From positions 3,264,001 to 3,328,000 of the forward strand of contig CBDBGH010000003.1 of assembly GCA_965205265.1 (NCBI GenBank): a stretch of DNA of 64,000 nt, given 5' to 3'. The notes beneath the pieces are model-generated. The model saw only the letters and a program-made list of their open reading frames with translations. It was not told the DNA's origin and did not search any database. Source of the stretch: Alphaproteobacteria bacterium. Lineage in GTDB: Bacteria; Pseudomonadota; Alphaproteobacteria; Bin95. Positions 58,879-64,000 of the stretch are shown in pieces (positions within the stretch are counted from its first letter, which is position 1; each line of letters starts with the position of its first letter). Made by a program: the position numbers and the translations under genes.

Positions 58879-60915
58879 ATGACCGCCGCCGCCACCGTAT
58901 GCACGAGAGTCCAGCCTCTAAGTTTGCCCGACGAGCTCATTCTGATGCTCCTCAACGACCAGACCGGATACTTCCACCAGGTTCCCGGCTGGAGATTGCA
59001 ATGCGCCGTCGCCGGCGCGGCGCTTGCGGAACTCTCGCTCCTTTCCCGCATCGACACGGACATGGAGTCGCTGGTCCTGCTGGACCGAACGGAGACCGGC
59101 GATCCCGCGCTGGACCCGCTGCTGAAGGAAATTGCCGACGAACCCGTTCAAAGGAACGCCCGTTACTGGATCGAACGGCTCGCCGCCGGGATCGAGCCGG
59201 TCATCGATCTGACGCTGGACAATCTGGTGCGCCGGAAGATCCTGGAACATCATGACGGCGACTTCTGGACGCTGACTCCCGCGCACTGGCTTGCACAGCG
59301 GGATGGGGAAGAGAGCTCTGCAAGCCAGTTCATCCGCACGCGCATCAGCGAGGCCATCTTCACCGACACGATTCCCGATCCGAGGGACGTGATTGTCATT
59401 TGCCTCATCAACACATGCGACGTCTTCCGCTTCATGTTCGAACTCAACGAGCAGGCGGAAGAGCGGATCGGGCTCATCTGCAGGATGGACCTGATCGGCC
59501 GTTCCATAGCCGAGGCGGTCGAACAGAATATCGCCAGCCCGCTGGGCCGCCCCGCGGCCCTGTCCCGGCGCATACCGCAGGTTCCGCTGCACCGCCTGCT
59601 GTTGAATCCGCATGTGCGCAAGGGCCATCTTCCCGCGCTCCTCGCAGACCTTGCGAAGGAATACGGCCCGGTGTTCCGGATAAGGCCGCCGGGCGCCAGG
59701 GCCATGACCTTCCTCGCCGGACCGTCGGTCAACCGGTGGGTGCACAAGAGCGGGCGGATGCACCTGAGGGCAGGGGGCTATTTTGCCGGCTTCGAGAACG
59801 TCTTCGGCGCGTCGGGCGTATTGCCTTCGCTGGACGGCGGCGACCATTTCCGGCTTCGCAAGGCCATGTCGCCGGCCTATTCGCGTGACCGGCTGGCCGG
59901 TCAGCTCGACCAGCTTTTCCATCTTGTCCGCAAGTTCATGGCGACCTGGACGGTCGGAGAGACCTACCAGGCAAGGTCCATGTGCCGGAGCATGGTCAAC
60001 GAGCAGATTTCGTCTCTCCATGTCGGCGTCGATACGCAGGACCTGATCGACGATCTGGTCACTTACAAGGAACGCGCGCTCAGCGTCCATATCATAAAGA
60101 CCATGCCCAAATTCATGCTGAAAACCCCAGGCATGAAACGCCGGGCGAAAGCCATTGACGAAATGCTGGAACGGGTCCGGCGCACTCACACGCCCGCCCA
60201 GCGGGCCGGTTGCCCGCGGAACCTTGCGGACGACGTGCTGGGCCTGAATGTGAGCGATCCGCAACTGGTGCCGGAATCGAATCTGCGCTTCGCCCTGACG
60301 GCGACGGGGCTGACCAGCGTGTATTTCGGCGACATGCTCAGCTTCGCGATTTACGCCATGGTTTCGCAACCTGCGATCCACGAGAGAATCCGAGGCGAGG
60401 CGGACGCCCTGTTCGAGGGCGGCGATCCGGTTGGCGAGGACTTCACCCTGGCCGCCACCGATGTCACTCACCGCTTCCTGCAGGAATGTCTGCGGATGTA
60501 CCCGGTCATCGCGATGTCCGTGCGCGATGTGGTGAACTCCTGCGTGGTCGAGGGGCACGAACTGCCGGTCGGGACGCGGGTCTATATCGCCCAGGCGGCC
60601 TCGCACTATATGGACGACGTGTTTCCCGACCCCTTCTCCTTCGATATCGACCGCTACCTGCCCCCGATCAGCGCGCACCGCAGTTTCGGATTCGCGCCCT
60701 ACGGACTGGGCACGCACACCTGTCTCGGCATCCGGCAGGCGCTTCTGCAAATGACGGTCAATATGATGATGATCGCGCATTACTTCACGATAGCGGTGTC
60801 TCCTTCGGACTATGAGCTCCGGTTCAACCCGGTTCCGTCGATGAAGCCGACGAAGAAGCTGAAATTCCACATCGCCGAGCAGAGGCGCGAACTGCCTGTC
60901 CGATCTGCCCCGTGA
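58879..60915 (+). CDS. GPP34 (GOLPH3-like) domain fused to cytochrome P450
   Basis: N-terminal LSLPDELILMLL..G..AGAALAEL..RI..TGDPALD..W..L...PDPRD; C-terminal ECLR, DP..FD.DRY, FAPYGLGTHTCLG; AGGAGG SD. Confidence 0.85.
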   Translation: MTAAATVCTRVQPLSLPDELILMLLNDQTGYFHQVPGWRLQCAVAGAALAELSLLSRIDTDMESLVLLDRTETGDPALDPLLKEIADEPVQRNARYWIERLAAGIEPVIDLTLDNLVRRKILEHHDGDFWTLTPAHWLAQRDGEESSASQFIRTRISEAIFTDTIPDPRDVIVICLINTCDVFRFMFELNEQAEERIGLICRMDLIGRSIAEAVEQNIASPLGRPAALSRRIPQVPLHRLLLNPHVRKGHLPALLADLAKEYGPVFRIRPPGARAMTFLAGPSVNRWVHKSGRMHLRAGGYFAGFENVFGASGVLPSLDGGDHFRLRKAMSPAYSRDRLAGQLDQLFHLVRKFMATWTVGETYQARSMCRSMVNEQISSLHVGVDTQDLIDDLVTYKERALSVHIIKTMPKFMLKTPGMKRRAKAIDEMLERVRRTHTPAQRAGCPRNLADDVLGLNVSDPQLVPESNLRFALTATGLTSVYFGDMLSFAIYAMVSQPAIHERIRGEADALFEGGDPVGEDFTLAATDVTHRFLQECLRMYPVIAMSVRDVVNSCVVEGHELPVGTRVYIAQAASHYMDDVFPDPFSFDIDRYLPPISAHRSFGFAPYGLGTHTCLGIRQALLQMTVNMMMIAHYFTIAVSPSDYELRFNPVPSMKPTKKLKFHIAEQRRELPVRSAP

Positions 60916-60934
60916 CGACCGGCGGAGCCGGGCG

Positions 60935-61756
60935 CTACCGCGCCCGTTTCAGCGCCGTGCGGGTGAAATCGTCGAGGTCGAGGTCGGTCCCGAACTCGTA
61001 TTCCGCCCACACTAGGTCGGTGCTCTTGCCCGTGAGATGGTTCGTCATCGCTATCTTGCTGCTCCGCCAGAAGCGGTCGAGATATTTCTTGTAGCCCTCC
61101 GAGACCATCGTCTTGAGATGGGCGTCCCTGCGGTCGAAATACTGGATCTGCATAGTGCGGAGCTCTTCCCGATCGAGCCAGACGAGCTGGCGGGAATAAC
61201 CGGAATCCTTGCTTGTCGGGACCCGTTCCAGAACGGCGCACTGGAGATCGCCGCAGGGCTCGTCGCGCAGATAGCGATGGGTGAATTTCTCGACCTCGGC
61301 CGCGCCGAAGTCCTCATATGAGAACTCGCTGCCCATGAAGGAGCCGGACTGGTTCGAGGAGCTGATGCGCTTGACCCGTTTCAGCGCGGGAAGATAGAGC
61401 CACTGGTCGTCCGGATCGTTCTTGTGGGCGTGGACGAGGAACGCCGTTCCCTTCACGTCGCGCGGCCGGTCGAACACGAACATGCTGCGGTCGCCGTCTT
61501 CCTCCACCTCGATGACTTTCAGGCGGAGTTCGCGGTGGCTTTCCTGCCCCCGCTTGTTGCGCAGCGTCATGGTCAGGCTTGCGGTGAAATTGCCGAACCC
61601 CTTCTGCCGCTCGCGGGCTTCCGTCGCGATCTTGAGCCCCTGCTCCTCGGGGCTGTCGGCCGCCCGGCCGGCGGAAGGCGCAAGCGACCAGACAAATACA
61701 GCCAGCACGGCCGCGGACAAGGCAAGCATCGGATGGGGGAGAGAGACGCGAATCAC
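60935..61756 (-). CDS. Outer membrane lipoprotein-sorting (LolA-like) protein
   Basis: Signal peptide, PRDVKGTAFL, DDQWLYLPALKRVKRI, FMGSEFSYED; GTG start with GGAGG. Confidence 0.88.
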   Translation of the reverse strand: MIRVSLPHPMLALSAAVLAVFVWSLAPSAGRAADSPEEQGLKIATEARERQKGFGNFTASLTMTLRNKRGQESHRELRLKVIEVEEDGDRSMFVFDRPRDVKGTAFLVHAHKNDPDDQWLYLPALKRVKRISSSNQSGSFMGSEFSYEDFGAAEVEKFTHRYLRDEPCGDLQCAVLERVPTSKDSGYSRQLVWLDREELRTMQIQYFDRRDAHLKTMVSEGYKKYLDRFWRSSKIAMTNHLTGKSTDLVWAEYEFGTDLDLDDFTRTALKRAR

Positions 61757-61825
61757 CGTTTCCTCCTTTCGGCAGCGCTGCCGGATTCTCTTTGCAGAGG
61801 ATAGCACAATGCCTGCCGCAAGGGC

Positions 61826-64000
61826 TTAGCCGGCTTCCCGCCGCAACCGCTCCTTGATCTCTTCGGTCGTCTCCCTGGTCCCGTCGAGCACCATCAGCAG
61901 GGGCGGGAGGAACAGGAAGTCCGCCAGCAGGGCGATGATGACCGTCATGCCGGCCAGCAGGCCGAGCGCCTGGTTGGTCACCATGCCCGATGCGCCGAAC
62001 ACCATGAAGCCGAGGCCGAACACGACCGTCGTCGCCAGCAGCGCCTTGCCTACCGAACGGAAGGCGGACTGCACCGACTGAGACGGCAGCAGCCCGTTCT
62101 TCCTGGCGGCCACATATTGGGTCATGAAGTGGATCGTATCGTCCACGATGATGCCGAACGCGATCGCGGTGACCACCGACGCCGCGATGCCGACCTCGCC
62201 CACCAGATAGCCCCAGAGGCCCATCGCCATGGCCGCGGGGACGAAGTTCGGAATCAGGCTGATGACGCCGAGGCGCACGCTCCTGAAGACGAGAAGGAGC
62301 AGCAGGGAGACGATGGCCATGGCGATGAAGGTGCCGAGCAGCATGCCCTCGATGTTTCTTTGGATCGACTGGGCGCCAACGACCGCAACGCCGGTGGCGC
62401 CGGTATCCATGCCGGGGGCGTTCTGCCCGAGCCATGCCTGTGCGCGACGGTCGAGCGCGACCTTGTCGTTGCTGGAAAGGCTGCGCAGCACGACGGTCAT
62501 GCGCGTGGACGACCGCTCGACATCGATGAGATTGTTGAGGTCGCGGCCGACCGGCAGGGAGAACTCGTAGAGCAGCAGATATTGCGCAGCCAGATCGGAG
62601 TCGTCGGGAAGAATGTCGAACGCCGGATCGTCGCCATGCAGGTTCCTGTTCAACCGCTTCATGATGTCGGTGATGGCGAAGACATGGGAGACTTCCGGCT
62701 GCGCCCGGTGCCACTCGACGAACGCATCCACCCGTTTCAGGTAGTCGATATCGGTTATGCCGCCCTCCCGCCCGGCGCTCAGCGAGTATTCGTAAGTCTC
62801 CACGCCGGAGAAGTTCTCGCTGATGAAATCCGTGGACCGGCGGAACTCGTAGCTCTCGTCGAGAAGCTCCAGCCAGTTCTCCTTGAGTTCGATCCGCGAA
62901 ATGCCGGCGATGAGCACGACGACCAGGACGCCGAAAGAACCGAGCAGGACCGTCCGGCGCAAAACGACAAACCGGCCGAACCGGTCGAAGAGGTCCGATT
63001 CGCCCGTGCCGGAGGGCCGGATGCGCAGGGGCATGACCGACAGGATGACGGGCAGGAGCGTCACCGCATAGACGAACGCGCACAGGCTGCCGAACGCCAC
63101 CATATTGCCCATGACCCGGAAGGGCGGCATGTCCGCGAAATTGAGGCTGAGGAACCCGATCGCCGTCGTGAGCGAGGTCAGGAAAACCGGCCAGATATTG
63201 ACCCGCAGGGATTGAAGCGCCGCCTGGCTGCGGTCCAGGCCCCGGCGCAGGCCCGCCGCCATTCCCTCGAACATATGCACGGAATGCGCAACGGTGACCG
63301 CCATCAGCACGAACAGTGCCGCGCCGCTCTCGCCGAAGAACCTCATGCCGGTCCAGCCGACAAAGCCCATCGCGGAAGCGAGAACGGCAACGAGCATGAT
63401 GACGATGGCAAGCGTGCCCCAGAGCGAGCGCAGCAGAATGACGGCGACAACCAGCATCGTTCCGAGCGCTGCCGGCGCGAGAATGCTCATATCCTCGTCG
63501 ATCGCCTCGCGCATGGCGCGGTTGAGGATGAGTTCGCCGGTCAGGTGGTAGTCGATGGCCGCATGTTTCTCGCGGGATTGCGCGGCCGTGGCGTGAAGGA
63601 AATCGGTCACTTCCGCTTTGGCCGATTGCCGGTCCTCGTCGGGAAGCGCAACGCTGACCGCCAGGCCGGCGACACGGCCGTTCCGGGAAACGAAGCGTCC
63701 GGCAATTTCCTCGGTGCCGAGCGCGATCTTCTCGATGCGCGCGAGGTTCTCGTCGCTCAGCGAAGCGGCGTCTCCGACCAGCGGCTCGACGATCAGCTCG
63801 TCTTCGAGACCCCGGCTGTGCTGGTGGTTGGTTATCGAATCGACGCGGGTGACATAGGGCGTCTGCCAGAGCCGATCGGTCAACTCTTCGATGGCAACGA
63901 GCGCCTCGCGCGTGAAAATCGTGCCCTTCCGCGGCGCAGCCACCACAAGCGCGGCGTCGGAAAGGGCGTAGGTTTCCTCCAAACGGTCCAGTGCGACGAT
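61826..64000 (-). CDS. MMPL/RND family exporter (5' end outside window)
   Basis: Two TM repeats, LTSLTTAIGFLSL, SLIPN..P, GIIVDDTIH; frame open to the window edge. Confidence 0.92.
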   Translation of the reverse strand: MVALDRLEETYALSDAALVVAAPRKGTIFTREALVAIEELTDRLWQTPYVTRVDSITNHQHSRGLEDELIVEPLVGDAASLSDENLARIEKIALGTEEIAGRFVSRNGRVAGLAVSVALPDEDRQSAKAEVTDFLHATAAQSREKHAAIDYHLTGELILNRAMREAIDEDMSILAPAALGTMLVVAVILLRSLWGTLAIVIMLVAVLASAMGFVGWTGMRFFGESGAALFVLMAVTVAHSVHMFEGMAAGLRRGLDRSQAALQSLRVNIWPVFLTSLTTAIGFLSLNFADMPPFRVMGNMVAFGSLCAFVYAVTLLPVILSVMPLRIRPSGTGESDLFDRFGRFVVLRRTVLLGSFGVLVVVLIAGISRIELKENWLELLDESYEFRRSTDFISENFSGVETYEYSLSAGREGGITDIDYLKRVDAFVEWHRAQPEVSHVFAITDIMKRLNRNLHGDDPAFDILPDDSDLAAQYLLLYEFSLPVGRDLNNLIDVERSSTRMTVVLRSLSSNDKVALDRRAQAWLGQNAPGMDTGATGVAVVGAQSIQRNIEGMLLGTFIAMAIVSLLLLLVFRSVRLGVISLIPNFVPAAMAMGLWGYLVGEVGIAASVVTAIAFGIIVDDTIHFMTQYVAARKNGLLPSQSVQSAFRSVGKALLATTVVFGLGFMVFGASGMVTNQALGLLAGMTVIIALLADFLFLPPLLMVLDGTRETTEEIKERLRREAG

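Overview
High-GC alphaproteobacterial (Rhodospirillales-like) chromosomal window. Positions 1-~20.3 kb are the right part of an integrative conjugative element. It carries a minus-strand F-type T4SS operon (traA-L-E-K-B-V-C, a degenerate HD protein, trbI, S26 peptidase, traW, ssb, traU, trbC, short traN, traF, traH, partial traG). The operon is headed by a Cro-Cro-Xis-like gene divergent from a RecA-cleavable CI-like repressor, followed by two tandem tyrosine integrases. At the junction lie a candidate recombinase core overlapping an orphan vapC, and a low-GC cassette bracketed by two copies of a dut 3'-end motif. The rest is mostly host genes: the TIGR04283/04282 transferase pair split by a palindromic-repeat mosaic that stays open as one ORF, catabolic and transport genes, a TRAP system, a TA islet beside tRNA-Pro(GGG), pobA, leuCD, ffh-rpsP-rimM-trmD-rplS, the cnoX cluster, a BVMO, a ThDP enzyme, SCO, a NucS-like nuclease, a Ubi hydroxylase and glnK-amtB. 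The window ends with a GPP34(GOLPH3)-cytochrome P450 fusion facing MMPL and LolA-like genes. A dispersed promoter/15-codon ORF/CATGACA module occurs twice. No relaxase, coupling protein, CRISPR array or rRNA is visible. All calls come from motif recognition by eye; no database searches were run.
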